A DNA stretch of 63,537 nt, counting the filler, from Octopus bimaculoides (lineage: Eukaryota): the NCBI RefSeq assembly GCF_001194135.2. It is 7 parts of 6 records of this genome, joined end to end, with 100 filler letters (N's around TTAATTAATTAA, not from the genome) between each part and the next. Parts side by side here need not be neighbours in the genome. Positions count along the whole stretch, not along the records: positions 1 to 12,545 come from NC_068986.1; positions 12,646 to 32,577 come from NC_068982.1; 5 more parts are not named here. The stretch is one strand, 5' to 3'. Shown here in pieces: positions 1 to 13,175 of the stretch. The notes under the pieces are model-generated. The model worked only from the letters and a program-made list of their open reading frames with translations, had not been told where the DNA came from and did no database searches. Position 1 is the first letter of the stretch; every line of letters begins with the position of its first letter. Both the position numbers and the translations under genes were made by a program.

Positions 1-111
1 GGTATCTCTTAGATACCCTATATTATAATTTTAAATAATTGTTATCGTTGATGGTTTTTATTCCCATGGTGGCCACTTGATAGAATCAATATTTTAAATA
101 TCGATCTTATA

Positions 112-145
<34 letters not shown>

Positions 146-214
146 AGACAGTTTAAATAAATAAGAAGAATTGTACATCCACACAGATTTTATAATCATA
201 TTCTAATATTCTTA

Positions 215-351
215 TATTATAATTTGAGCGATACACTATAGTAGAATCTTAGTTGTGGCATATTGCTGGTCAGAAGGTTAGCATTGGTTTCACATCTACT
301 ATTGCACAGATAGATAGATGATAGATATATAGATAGATATATTGATTGATT

Positions 352-394
<43 letters not shown>

Positions 395-396
395 TG

Positions 397-427
<31 letters not shown>

Positions 428-1340
428 GATAGATAGATAGATATTGATATTGATATAGACATATATTTCGATTAATAAGTAGAAGTATGCTTATCGGAAA
501 AGTGAAACTGTTTTACATTAAACATATTGCTTTGGACAATGTTTTCCAAACACTAATTTAACAATTATTTTTATGGAATGCCACAGGATCTAACCTAGCT
601 CTTACTTTTCCATAGTTTTATGGACTTATATTATATTTCTAAAACAGTTTTGCCTTTTCACAAATAGAAATCAACAGTACAATATCTTTTCATATGATTC
701 ATATATCTAATAACACAACCTAGTATTTTTTTTCGAAAGTATTGCTTAAATCTACTTCATACTTATCAAATAATATATTTACCAAAAATAATATTTATGC
801 TAAGATACATGTAATTATATTCCGCTAATCCTTCAGCATTAATATAAATATACTTTGTTCTTTTTAGCGGATTAATATAAAGATGAGAACACTCTTTTCA
901 ATAGATTAAATATATACTATGAATATTGATTTTATTATAGTCTTTTACATGCACTTAATCTATACACAAATAATGCTAAATATACTTTATATTTTATATA
1001 TATACTCTGTAATAGTTTTTCTTGAAAATAGATTCTCTACAGCCTGACCGCTTATGCCTACAGAGATTTGAATATTCCTTACCTAATGTAATTAAATCGT
1101 AATTCTTTAACAGTATATATCCAAGTACATAATTCCTTTTAAACACAGTTGCATAGACGCCTTAATAGACTTCAATCTATACTGCATTATCTGGTTGAGT
1201 CTGATAAGGAATAATGTGACAGAGTAACATCTGGAAATATATCATCAATACATTCTTCAATTACCGGCCATAATGATTTCTCACTCTCCGAGTAAATAAA
1301 ATCCACATATCCAGTTAATACTGATATAGATATCCAGTTT
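215..1340 (-). mobile_element. Highly decayed non-LTR retrotransposon (RT plus C-terminal zinc-knuckle remnant), interrupted by (TAGA)n
   Basis: Minus strand near 250-310 reads LCNSRCETNANLL, like the C..C....ET..HL knuckle. Upstream fragments loosely resemble RT motifs. Many stops and frameshifts. Confidence 0.3.
308..445. repeat. (TAGA)n/(TTGA)n tetranucleotide microsatellite
   Basis: Directly visible tandem repeat; source of the spurious 217..462 ORF. Confidence 0.95.
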
Positions 1341-1496
1341 AGGTAATTTACATAATATATANNNNNNNNNNNNNNNNNNNNNNNNNNNNNNNNNNNNNNN
1401 NNNNNNNNNNNNNNNNNNNNNNNNNNNNNNNNNNNNNNNNNNNNNNNNNNNNNNNNNNNNNNNNNNNNNNNNNNNNNNNNNNNNTATATATATATG

Positions 1497-1539
<43 letters not shown>

Positions 1540-3739
1540 CTGCGTGTGTGCGTATCTATCTAACTATATATATATATATATATTTATATATGTATGTATA
1601 GAGAGACAAAGAGAGATACATACGTATATGCATATAGGTAGGTAGGTCGGTAGTCAGGTACGTATATGTGTGTTTGTGTGCATATGTTTGCATGTGTGTT
1701 TTTGTATTTCAGCTTGTTTTGATTTATAAACAATCCGTCTCCCTCATTTAAATTAGATAGTTTCATTACAGTAAATAGCGATATATTAAGGTGACATGTT
1801 TATATTTCATTAATGGCTCTAAAAATGAAGAAAGTCTTAGCGCAATGATATATGTCTTTTTAGATATTTTTTTCGCTAATAATTTAAAACTGAGAGTTAT
1901 TTGTTAAATAGAGATCATTTATTAAGTTAAATATGATTATTGATATTTTACACTTGATGTAATATATCTGTGCTTTATATAATTATAATGACAATATATA
2001 ACCGCAATACGATTTAACATAAACAGAGTTTGCCATATAGTTTAGCTCTTCAAAACAATGGCGGGTATGGTTTTCAATGTTTATTTCTAGTATATATTCT
2101 GTTTCATATGAATCTTTTTTTAAATTTCACTTTTAATCACTAGCTTCATTCGCTTTTTGTGTTCAATTTGTCATTTTCAGTTAGTCAATCATTTACAACT
2201 TATTTACAACAATTTACTTTCGTTATTCCCATCAGTTATTTCATGACTCCATTTCCATTAACCTCTCTCTCTCTCTCTCCCTCTCTCTCTCCCTCCCTCT
2301 CTCTCTCTCTCTCTCTCTATCCATCTATCTAATCTATCTGTGTCATCTATTCATATTCTACATGACTACCTACGTATCTCTGTTACATTCTCGCTTTTCA
2401 TCTATTCCGTCATTCTTTCAGTGACTACTATATTCCTTCAGCTAGCCTCTTTCCTGTTCGATTCTAAATTTCCTCTCAATTCTCATCAGTTTTCAAATGT
2501 TTCTAATTCTACTGCCTAAGCATGCTTCATTGCTTTTCACTCATGAATGTACTGGGTGGCAGCGATCTCTCTCTCTCTCTCCCTCTCTCTCTCTCTCTCT
2601 TTCTTGCTGTCTCTGTTTGTTCTCTTTCTCTCTCCGTGTCTTTCTCTCTTTCTCTCCCCCCTCTTTCTTTGGTATATCCCTCATTCTATTTACTGAAGTG
2701 TGGACGTCTTTTAGAGCTACATTATGCGTGATCATCACTGCTTTGATACTTTTCACTGCCGTCGAAATCCATTCACTCTTCTAGAAAACTTCTGACTTAG
2801 TCTTATATTCTGTTTGTCGTCGTCATATGTACTGACAATTCGTTTGGTCGAGTAACCTGTATTTGTTACCCTTAATCTATTTGCATATTCTCGTATACAT
2901 ATACTTTACATAGTCTCGACATCATTCCCGATATCATTTAAAAACGAAATTGCACTGACTTTCAATCAATGGCTGATGGGAGGGAGTTGTTTCTATATTT
3001 GTACTTGTTCTGTGCGTTTTATCTGTTTTCTGATGTGCTTGATTATCTCATATATATATGTGTGTATATGTGTATTGTATAGCTCATGTGTATAGATACA
3101 TGTACGGCTGCTGTTATGCTTAAAACTCAACGTAGAGTACTGTATTCCTATCTGCTCCTAGTATAGTGGTTGAATAATTCTTATACTAAGTAGCATCAGT
3201 AGTTATGAAATAAGGATCATATGTAAGAGAAATTAAGTTAAACACAAGTTTATATTAGTTCTTACGTATGTTTCAATATTATGGTTGCTTGGAATTCTGT
3301 ATTGGTGTTCTAACTGCATTTGGCTCCTCGAAGAGAACTGATCATCAGGGAATACATTATTGCATTAGGTTACAACATACTGATGTCTAGATTTGGATAG
3401 ATGGTGAGGTATTTAATAAAGATTTTGAAAAGGAAATTTTCACGGAAACAAGAGAGTCGAGGAAAGTGAAGGAGAGACAGAGAAGACAATTATAGGACAA
3501 ATAAAGAGGAAAAAAGAAGAGACATACAAGGACTAGAAAAAAGACTTTGAGAGGAAACTAAGAAGAGGGGGAAAAAGAAAAAAAAAACAGAGAGAGAACG
3601 ACAGTATAAAGTCACTTAAACAATCACAAACAAAATATAAAATATAACAATATAAAAAATAGATCAACATGATAATTTAAGTGAAATGAATATATAAGAT
3701 ATTTACAATTAAGAAAGACAAATTGAAAAGAAATCACTG

Positions 3740-4720
3740 CTGAAATTACCGACTAATTACCTGTCAACCAATTTTGTGGTACGGTCTAACAGGGATAATT
3801 TTCAAAATCTGTATTAGACACATCCAATGTTTAGTGTACAGAAAGTCTGACAAATAGAAAGCAGAGAAATAGTATGATCTAGACCCACGCCCGTTGATTA
3901 ATCGGTATCGAGACCTCTTCACGGTTTAAAAACAGTAAGGCATCTGAAAGAATGTGTAATACGGCATTGGATTTTAGAGATAACATTAGAAGAAGAAAGA
4001 TAATAAATATACAGATGAGAAGAACAATCTCAGAAAGCGGGATCCTTTTCCTCATCTTTGTAATAATACTAATGTTTTTACCGATCATGGCAAAAAAGCT
4101 AACAAAGAGTACTCATGGGGAAAATATAAGAGAAAAGTGAATCACCTCTTACTTGTGACTGAATTATGATTGATTTAAAGTCTAATGACAAAGACAGGGA
4201 CGGATCCATGTTCTTTATGCAAATTGTAAGAATATTTACCAACCGTATTCAAATGAATTTCAGAATGGAAAATAATACTATGGTAGAGATGAAGCAGAAA
4301 ATAAAACTACAAAATATATTGGAATACATCTAATATACGTAATGCAGAGAATATCAAATCATCGAAAGTTGAAGAAACATATGAATATCAGGGACTGCTG
4401 GATACTCATATAATTCCATACAATTAAACGTATGGAAAAGACAGAAGGAACTGGTAAAAAAATATTTGAGAATTTTAAAATTGAATGCGAAAAACATCAT
4501 TAAACAATGCTCTTGAAAACATTATCACTAATGAAGTATAGGAGAGTAATAATAAATAAAACTCCGAGACGGCGAAATGCCGGTGGGATTAAGACTGTTT
4601 TGTGAGAAGGACTCCAAACCCTCAATTTCGACACAGATATTTGTGTTATTGTATTACTCAGGAGGCTTGGTGCTTTGCCCTTCTATAATGTAACATTAAA
4701 TTTGTTAACTTTCTTAATAC
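3740..4720 (+). mobile_element. Old L1/Tx1-like LINE remnant
   Basis: Degenerate RT-like stretches near 3770 and 4040 and a DPCSLCK zinc-finger-like segment near 4201; no open frame. Confidence 0.35.
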
Positions 4721-4912
4721 TCATTGAAATTGTTACCTATCATCATATTTTTAAAACGTTTTAAAGCTACTTCATCCTATATGTTTGTCTGTCCTTGTAT
4801 GTTGCCTCTCTCTAACGCCCTAATATCGAATTTTCATGAAATAAATTAGCTTGTATATCAACCACATGGTTCCGGGTTCAAATAAAAGAATAAAAGAATA
4901 TTACACCCATAA

Positions 4913-5087
4913 AACTGTTGTCAGTGATGGGAAAAGTACAGCTATCAGCGGAGTCTATCATTGAGATTGTGCCACCTCCTTCCCTTAACAGGGAAAAGAA
5001 GGCTTGCTTTTCCTGCGTAGTAGCCATACTGAAAGAAACAGTATGGAAGACGCGTGTAAGAGGCATAGTTACGGATACCTTTGTATC
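4913..5087 (+). repeat. 175-bp inverted duplicate of 5255-5429
   Basis: Reverse complement matches 5255-5429 with one mismatch. ORFs 4878..5066(-) and 5276..5521(+) give near-identical peptides. Confidence 0.95.
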
Positions 5088-5094
5088 TGAGTAG

Positions 5095-5960
5095 AACCCT
5101 TACTTTTTGGTACAGCCACACTTACCTGGTGCCAAACGTACCCAGTTTGCATGCCACAGGCTTCCATCTTTTCACAAACATATCTCGTGACAGACACCCC
5201 TTCTCCAGCCTGATCTTACTACCGAGGTGGTAACTAAAAAAGTTAACCAGCCCGGATACAAAGGTATCCGTAACTATGCCTCTTACACGCGTCTTCCATA
5301 CTGTTTCTTTCAGTATGGCTACTACGCAGGAAAAGCAAGCCTTCTTTTCCCTGTTAAGGGAAGGAGGTGGCACAATCTCAATGATAGACTCCGCTGATAG
5401 CTGTACTCTTCCCATCACTGACAACAGTTGTTCGGCAAAAGCAGTCAGTCCCGATAACTTCGGGCACTCCACGAATACGTGCAAAACGGTTTCCTATCCT
5501 GCTCACATCACGGACATGTAGACGAGACGGCACTTCCGTGCCTAGACAGCTTGTCGCAAACAGGTGACGCCGCACGGAAACTGGGAAACCTATAAAAACT
5601 CGTTTTCCTCTCAAAGAGGACAACAATTTTCAAAACTACACAGCACAGTTCAAATCCCACCCCCGTTAGGGGGAGGGGCACAAAAAAGATTATTACCATT
5701 CAAAAAAAGTTATTTACACATAAAGGAAAAAAGCCACAATGGCCAAAGTTCAATATTTCTTTTTTTTTTTTGTTTTTTATTACGAATGTGTCAAATTATT
5801 CCCCGGTCTTACCGGGGAATAAAACAGTTCAACAACGTTCAAAGGTAACTCCTTGTTTCAAAAGTAACAAATCCAAAAGGCAATAACAATAAAACAGCAA
5901 CAACGAAGCAATAACAACAGCAAAAACTCTTACCACGGGGACAGACACGTCTAACCATCA
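5095..5960 (-). mobile_element. Tx1/L1-clade LINE 3' fragment (zf-RVT C-terminus plus rearranged 3' UTR)
   Basis: Minus strand reads PVCDKLSRHGSAVSSTCP*CEQD, then after a frameshift ETVLHVFVECPKL...VVAILKETVWKTR (ORF 5122..5484). This is the C..C..ET..H.F..C finger of L1/Tx1 ORF2. A-rich tail at about 5758-5780. Confidence 0.8.
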
Positions 5961-5999
5961 GTTTGGTAAGTGAGATACTTACCACACTGCCACTCATGC

Positions 6000-7920
6000 G
6001 CCTTATACCTGATATAAGTTTAATTCACAACTGCTTTATTGATACTAAATAGTCTGATTCAACAATTTCTATAAGGTGTAACAGCAGAATTATCATAGGT
6101 AGGAGCGAGGCTGTTACAGAAGAGTAATGCATAAGATATGTATAGAGTTGACCTGTACACAGGTACAAACAATGGCTGTCTCTGCAAGAAATAGTAGGAA
6201 TTCACAGATCAGTAGAATAATACCATAGCACAAGAGAGGAAACTAAACTCGAAATGACAGAAAGATCAAAGAAGAAAGAAAATGTAGCAAGCTTGAAAAT
6301 AAGTTTTATTTCTTAGAGGAAAGTCATAGTAGAGATAAAGATTGAAGTTTACTTCCACGTTTGAATGACGAAATAGGGATAGAATACGATTACCAGCTTT
6401 GAGAAGGAATGGAAAATAAAATTCTACGAAAATCTGCATAGAGACTGGATAAACAATTAGCGAAAATCAAAGTTGAAAATATGAGAGTAAATGACCTTAT
6501 ACCTTGTGAAGCTTTGATTACTGTAGAAATTCTAAGAGTTAAAAGTAGAACAGAATAAAGGTCAAAGACTTGTGGTTGAAGCGGAGACTTGAGAGGCACG
6601 TTAAGTAGCTCAATAAATATCTTGGAAGGATAGAAGGTATAATTGAAAATATAGTATTGAAAAAAGCCATAAGATTGATATTTAACGAAATTATAACATT
6701 AGACACACGGAATCACTACTTGCTAAAGAAGTGATGAAATATAAAAAGATCCTGAAATGTCGGTTAGAAATGTTACATATAAGAATTAATCGGTGTCAGT
6801 AGAAAAACATCCTCTGAAACAATGAAAATGAAATTTACCATATATCTCGTTAATGATAATGAACACCTGCAAAGACAATTGTTAAATGCTGAAGAAGCAA
6901 GAAACGTTGGGTCGGCCATTTAGGGTAAGGCAGTCCAGCAGAATAGTGAAGGTTGGTTATGCGACTTTAAAAATGAAATGGAAAATGAGCCAAAGAAAGA
7001 TGATATAAATATTACAGAATGGAAAGTGAAACGTATGATTCAAAATATCAAACTGGGAAGCCTCTGGTGTCGATGGTATTCAATGATTTTGGCTTAAACC
7101 TTTTACATGCCTGCTTCTTACTGACTCTATAGAAAGATTGCACCAATGTGGATGACAAAGAAAGACAGTGTTAATACAGAAGGGTGAAAGAAAGGGAGGC
7201 AATAAAATTATCATAATTCTATTACGCGCCTTCTATTTTTTCGGAAATTGCTGGCTACTGACAATTTCTTTCTTTTTTGCATCCATATTTTCTTAAAAAA
7301 ATATGAATGCAAAAAGAAATCAACGGAACTGCCAGTTTATAGGATATATATATACATAGAATCTTATTAAATGGTGTGCGTATAAGAGCACCGCTGATAG
7401 ACACACTAAAAGAAAACATCTGATAATGCAATGCATTTAGAGTGCCTGAATATCCCTAGTAACTATGAGATTAACTTTTTTCTTCTTAGATGAAGCAATA
7501 TCATTGAGGATGTTGAATGAAAGTGTGGTAGAGAAATATAGAGAAATATAAAACTGTAAAAGGGCATATTTGAAGGGGATTCGTTTTGATCCTTACTGTG
7601 GGTTATTGCGCTGATTTCTATGACTGAAGTTACTAAAAAAAGTGAGACTAGCTTATGAGTTTGCTAAGCACTTTCAGAAAGAAAACATCTCTTGTTCATG
7701 GATGGTCACAATATCTAGCCAAAAATTAAAATGTTCTAGAATCAGTTACTCATATTTTGAGGATAGATAGCAAGGAAAATATTATGCACCTTAGGTGGAT
7801 GACTGTGCAGTACCAACTAAGAACAGAGGTCGAAAACATCTGATGGGATACATATATCAGGAGATGATATCCTTAGATGACCGAAAGAGAATGAATGACA
7901 ACTTTGGCTTATGATAAAAT
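6000..7920 (+). mobile_element. Decayed R4/Dong-clade LINE reverse transcriptase
   Basis: NWEASGVDGIQ*FWLK at 7051-7100, GIFEGDSF at 7563-7586 and HLLFMDG at 7686-7706 match the R4/Dong motifs NWKAPGPD..FWLK, GIFQGDSLSP and HLLYMDD. Outer boundaries approximate. Confidence 0.75.
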
Positions 7921-8879
7921 GGTAGCGTATTATTCTACAAAATTGATTGTTTTATATATTCATGTTCATAAATATTAGTTATGTTTTATGTATTGTACTC
8001 TCTGAAGTCATTGTCATCTGATGTGATATTGTGAAGATGATGACGACAAAAATGTGATTTATGCCTTGTTGCTATGTCTCATCCTCTTAAATGTATCTAC
8101 AAAACATTCAATGTAGACTTTTAAGATGATAAATCTTTGCAAAATATTTCAGAAGGTGCTAATATATTTTAAGTTATGAAAAAGTACGATTGGCTCTCAA
8201 CAAATTAAGGAACAATATTTGACTTGGTGAATGTTGCTGTTTGCAAATGAATGAACAATTCTTATCAATACATAAAATACTGCGGGGGTGGTTTACTAGC
8301 ATCGGAAATTGCTTCAATCATTAAATGTTTGCTTTATCGCTTTCATTGTACAGACATTTAATATACAAGAAAAACGTTGTGGCAATATAAATGAAAAACA
8401 TTCGCAAGCACATTTAAATATGAATGGAAAAATATATATTCATATTTGATTCGTTTTAGAAAAAAACAAACTATTGGGAAATGATTCATTATTTATCATT
8501 GGCGTCGAGCAAGTGAAACATTTATTCCCACCTCAAAATACCTGACAAATTAATATCATCAGTTTTATATGCACAACATTCATGAGCAGAAAAAGCTGAT
8601 CTTGGTGACGTTTTGTTGTTTATAAAAAAAATAATCATTTCGTTTTTAAAATCTGGTCACAAATGAGAGTATGGCATATTTATTAGGTAACCAATCAAAT
8701 AAATTATCAAGTCTATACCTGGAAAATAAATTGTGATATGTCTGCAAGAAATGACAAATAACGATCTTTTGTTTAATATTGCAAATATTTGGAATAGATT
8801 CCCATAATTTGCAATGAAACACACACCGAAACTTATTGCGGCAATGATGCGGGGAGGGTCAGGTTCTATAAATTCGATG

Positions 8880-8914
<35 letters not shown>

Positions 8915-9073
8915 AACATACAACGTTCTATTATGATATAATTATTAAATAATTCTTTATTTACATTGAAGTTTTTAAAGGATTAGAACATGAATTTTAA
9001 GCTTCGGTGTCTTTCACACGTGTAATTATAACTATGGAGGAGTGCTTATATGCATATATATGTATATTATATA

Positions 9074-9182
<109 letters not shown>

Positions 9183-9189
9183 ACTGATT

Positions 9190-9400
9190 TACTCTTTTAT
9201 TATTCTACTCGCCTCAGTCATTTGACTGCAGCCATGCAGGTGCATCTCTGTAAAGAGATTTTTACTCAAAGACTTATTCCTTGTAAGCTTTGTATATATT
9301 TTATTGGCTCTCTTGCCGAATCGCTAAGTTACAGCGACATAAACACACCAGCATCGGTTGTCAAGCGATGGTAGGAAGACAAACATAGACACAGAGACAC
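9190..9400 (-). mobile_element. SINE family A, 3' half
   Basis: Reverse complement of the A-family body and tail seen at 19806-20118 and 23210-23588. Confidence 0.8.
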
Positions 9401-9421
9401 ACACATATATTAATATGTACC

Positions 9422-9463
<42 letters not shown>

Positions 9464-9467
<4 letters not shown>

Positions 9468-9572
9468 CCTGAACAGGATAAGCTACACCTATTTTGCAGA
9501 AAAATGTGTTGGCGACCGGCTATGAGACACGAACTCACACCTCCGTGATTACGCGTCGCGGTGCTCTAAACC
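9464..9572. mobile_element. Palindromic MITE-like element (left arm) with tRNA-like core, cut by an N gap
   Basis: 9464-9512 matches the left arm of 27224-27354. 9517-9572 on the minus strand is tRNA-like (GGTTTAGAGCA, 7-nt loop CGCGTAA, GTGAG-TTCGTGT-CTCAT). Confidence 0.65.
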
Positions 9573-10059
9573 NNNNNNNNNNNNNNNNNNNNNNNNNNNN
9601 NNNNNNNNNNNNNNNNNNNNNNNNNNNNNNNNNNNNNNNNNNNNNNNNNNNNNNNNNNNNNNNNNNNNNNNNNNNNNNNNNNNNNNNNNNNNNNNNNNNN
9701 NNNNNNNNNNNNNNNNNNNNNNNNNNNNNNNNNNNNNNNNNNNNNNNNNNNNNNNNNNNNNNNNNNNNNNNNNNNNNNNNNNNNNNNNNNNNNNNNNNNN
9801 NNNNNNNNNNNNNNNNNNNNNNNNNNNNNNNNNNNNNNNNNNNNNNNNNNNNNNNNNNNNNNNNNNNNNNNNNNNNNNNNNNNNNNNNNNNNNNATATAT
9901 ATATAATAGATCGTTGGTAAGGCCAAAACAATGCGAAGTAAATGCAAGGTAAATCAGAAGTAAACAAATATTTGATTTGATGTAGACTTACATTGTATTC
10001 AATATTTCGTGGTTATGACACTATCCCCAAGAAATTGACGAATGTTGCCGATGTGCGCG

Positions 10060-11354
10060 TGTGTGAGCGTGTGTGGAGTGGACATGCTATAGCAACCAGC
10101 TAGTTTCCTGTAGCTCCTTTCTATTATTTATCTTGGGTTTCTTTTGATGTATGAGGATAGCCTCAGAGATTCTAAGGTTGCCCCTGTTCCGCTATATTTC
10201 CTTGATGTTGACTCATCGTTCCCAGGAAGGAGGCAAAGCTCCTGAATGCGTTGTGGCCCAGTTTGAAACCTTTGGCCTGTAGGGTGGTCTAGTACTTCTG
10301 GGATATGGGCAATCTATTTCTGGCACTAGAATGTGGATGGTGATTTCCGTCCATGGTGCATGTATGATAATACGGATTTGTGGGATTGTTCTCTATTGCG
10401 CTATAGTGATTGCGGGTAACTTTTTGTTGCTTAATTTTTGTGGGCCATTTTTTTTTCTTTCAGAATGGGTTACCTGAACTGAAGTCCTCTTTGAAAGTCA
10501 ATTCCTAGTTTTAGAAGAAATTATAACTTTTCTCCCAGCTTTGGAGGGAGTTTCTTTCTTCTGTTTCACATGTTTCCTTCCAAAGATTAATATTATTTTC
10601 TATGAAAGTCCGTTTGTATGTGTGTTAATTTTCCTGTGTATCTCATCGTCTATATTTTTCTATCTTTCTTCATTGTTTGCACTCTTAATTTTAGTAATTT
10701 AATTTCTGACTTAAAATGGGCCAGTGCTAGCCTTTCGACAGATTCATTTCGTATCATTTGAATTTGGAATTTGCGTGGGAGAATCGTCGGTGCAGAGTTT
10801 ATCAAACGTTCTTAAATTTCTGCTTTGTTTGTATTTTTAATTATATTCTAGAAAGCAAGTTTCCTGTTGTGAAGGTTTGTGTTCCATATGTTATCTATTT
10901 TCCTTTTAATCAGATAGGTGAGTGAGAGTACAGGGTCGTAATACATTTCCTATACTGTGGGTTGGTTTTGTTCAGTTTGTTTAAGGATTTTTGTAAAATT
11001 CGTTATGAGGGTCATTTAGGTGTGGGTGTTGTTCCTTGCTAGGTTTGTTAAGAAAGTTTGCGTTGAGGGTTGTACATAAAAGGTTATAAAGGGCTTATTC
11101 CATCTAATGTTTGATTTAAGCCAGAATAGAATAGAGAACACGAAAAAAAAAAATAATAAAATTGCAGATTTATGTCCCCTATACTGCAAAATAAATGAGT
11201 GAACAATTACCTCCACTAGAAATATATATTCTTCCCCATAGCAATATGCCTCTTTCAGCTCCCACCATGATGAGCAGTGCGAAACAGGTCCTTATTTCAA
11301 TTATGTTGAAAGAACAGAACCTTATTTTCTACAAAATTGTATATCTTTATTATC
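10060..11354 (-). mobile_element. Penelope-like element remnant (RT plus GIY-YIG C-terminus)
   Basis: Minus strand ends NLRISEAILIHQKKPKINNRKELQETSWLL* (about 10090-10179), typical of the GIY-YIG C-terminus. Upstream IAMG and TVYRK-like RT/thumb fragments. Confidence 0.75.
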
Positions 11355-11707
11355 NNNNNNNNNNNNNNNNNNNNNNNNNNNNNNNNNNNNNNNNNNNNNN
11401 NNNNNNNNNNNNNNNNNNNNNNNNNNNNNNNNNNNNNNNNNNNNNNNNNNNNNNNNNNNNNNNNNNNNNNNNNNNNNNNNNNNNNNNNNNNNNNNNNNNN
11501 NNNNNNNNNNNNNNNNNNNNNNNNNNNNNNNNNNNNNNNNNNNNNNNNNNNNNNNNNNNNNNNNNNNNNNNNNNNNNNNNNNNNNNNNNNNNNNNNNNNN
11601 NNNNNNNNNNNNNNNNNNNNNNNNNNNNNNNNNNNNNNNNNNNNNNNNNNNNNNNNNNNNNNNNNNNNNNNNNNNNNNNNNNTATATATATATTTAGGAG
11701 GTGTGGC

Positions 11708-11743
<36 letters not shown>

Positions 11744-12378
11744 TCATACACAGAGCACAAACATGTATATGAAATTAAAGACATGATGAGGAAACAAGGA
11801 TTCGTAATCCCTCTTCCCTTGTCATTTATTGTATATTGTATTACTCTCTGTACTCAAGTTACATATTATTCTGAAACATATGCATATTGAGTTCTTACAC
11901 CATGTTATAAGTAATGTTACCTGAAACGAAATGTATATATATAAACATGTATTCAAAAATATACGTGCGTGCACACACACATGCACATGTCCGCACACAC
12001 ACTTGTATATATCTGCACACATATATTTGTGTGTGGATGTGTGTTTCTGTGCGTGTGGGTATATGTGTGTTTATAAGTAACTATTTATTTAACAGATCTT
12101 AAGTACATATATGGCCCAAATGCTTGACTTTGATGCATGTATTTGTTAAACGTACATAGAAGACGTTTGCGAAAAATGTGCACGAAATTTTAAGCGAGTG
12201 ATTTACTTATACTTTACTAGTAATAAATGAAAATATATATAAATTTAAGTTCTACATTACATATTGTATTCAATTTGACCCATTTGCACCAGCAAAGGTG
12301 AAAATAAAGTTTGGCTAGGAATCCATCATCGTATGTACTTATCTCCAAGCTTATATATGTATGTACACATAAAATGTT

Positions 12379-12410
<32 letters not shown>

Positions 12411-12589
12411 ACACATATTTACATATTCGTATAAATTAAATCATTAACGCAACAAATATGGACATATTATATATATGTGTGTGTGCGCGCGTGTGTGTAT
12501 ATATAAATGCAAATATAAAATAGTATTATATATATATATATATATNNNNNNNNNNNNNNNNNNNNNNNNNNNNNNNNNNNNNNNNNNNN

Positions 12590-12601
12590 TTAATTAATTA
12601 A
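12590..12601. other. Assembly linker TTAATTAATTAA (also 32622-32633, 46574-46585, 57617-57628, 59000-59011, 60531-60542)
   Basis: Identical 12-mer, each flanked by 44 N on both sides (100 bp total), with stop codons in all six frames; a scaffolding placeholder. Confidence 0.95.
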
Positions 12602-12645
12602 NNNNNNNNNNNNNNNNNNNNNNNNNNNNNNNNNNNNNNNNNNNN

Positions 12646-12690
<45 letters not shown>

Positions 12691-12793
12691 CTGTATATGT
12701 ATTTGTATATATATATATAAATGCAGTGCTCCAGCATGGCTACAGTCAGATACTGGAACATGTAAATGAATAAAAGAATATATATATATATTA

Positions 12794-13164
12794 GGCGCAG
12801 GAGTGGCTGTGTGGTAAGAAGTTTGCTTCCCAACCATAGTCCGGAGTTCAGTCCCACTGCGTGGCACCTTCTACTATGGCCGCAGGTAGGTTGACAGAAA
12901 CTGAAAGAAGCCTGTCGTATAAATATATATATGTGTATATGTGTGTGTGTGTGTTTGTGTGTCTGTTTCTCCCCTCACCATCGCTTGACAACCGATGCTA
13001 GTTTGTTTCTTACCACACAGCCACTCCTGCGCCTAATATATAGGCCGATATGATAAGTACTAGGCTTACAAAGAATAAGTCCCGGAGGGGGGATTTGTTT
13101 GACTAAAGGCAGTGCTCCAGCATGGCTGCAGTCAAATGACTGGAACAAAAAGAATAAAAGAATA
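12794..13164 (+). mobile_element. SINE family A (tRNA-derived head, CORE-like domain partly deleted)
   Basis: Head GGCGCAGGAGTGGCTGTGTGGTAAG, internal TA/TG microsatellite, tail CCAGCATGGCTGCAGTCAAATGACTG; shared with more than 10 copies in the window. Confidence 0.85.
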
Positions 13165-13175
13165 TATATATATTT

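Noticed and set aside
8080-8640. Possible hAT (Buster/SPIN-like) transposase remnant
   Set aside because: Only faint motif echoes; cannot be supported without a profile search.
10010-10050. Hammerhead expected at the 3' end of the 10-11 kb Penelope remnant
   Set aside because: A CACGAAAT half-site is present on the minus strand but there is no CTGANGA core.
12546-12645. Recurrent TTAATTAATTAA motif (six copies) as a regulatory or homing site
   Set aside because: Always centred in exactly 44 N + 12 + 44 N; a six-frame-stop scaffolding linker, not biology.
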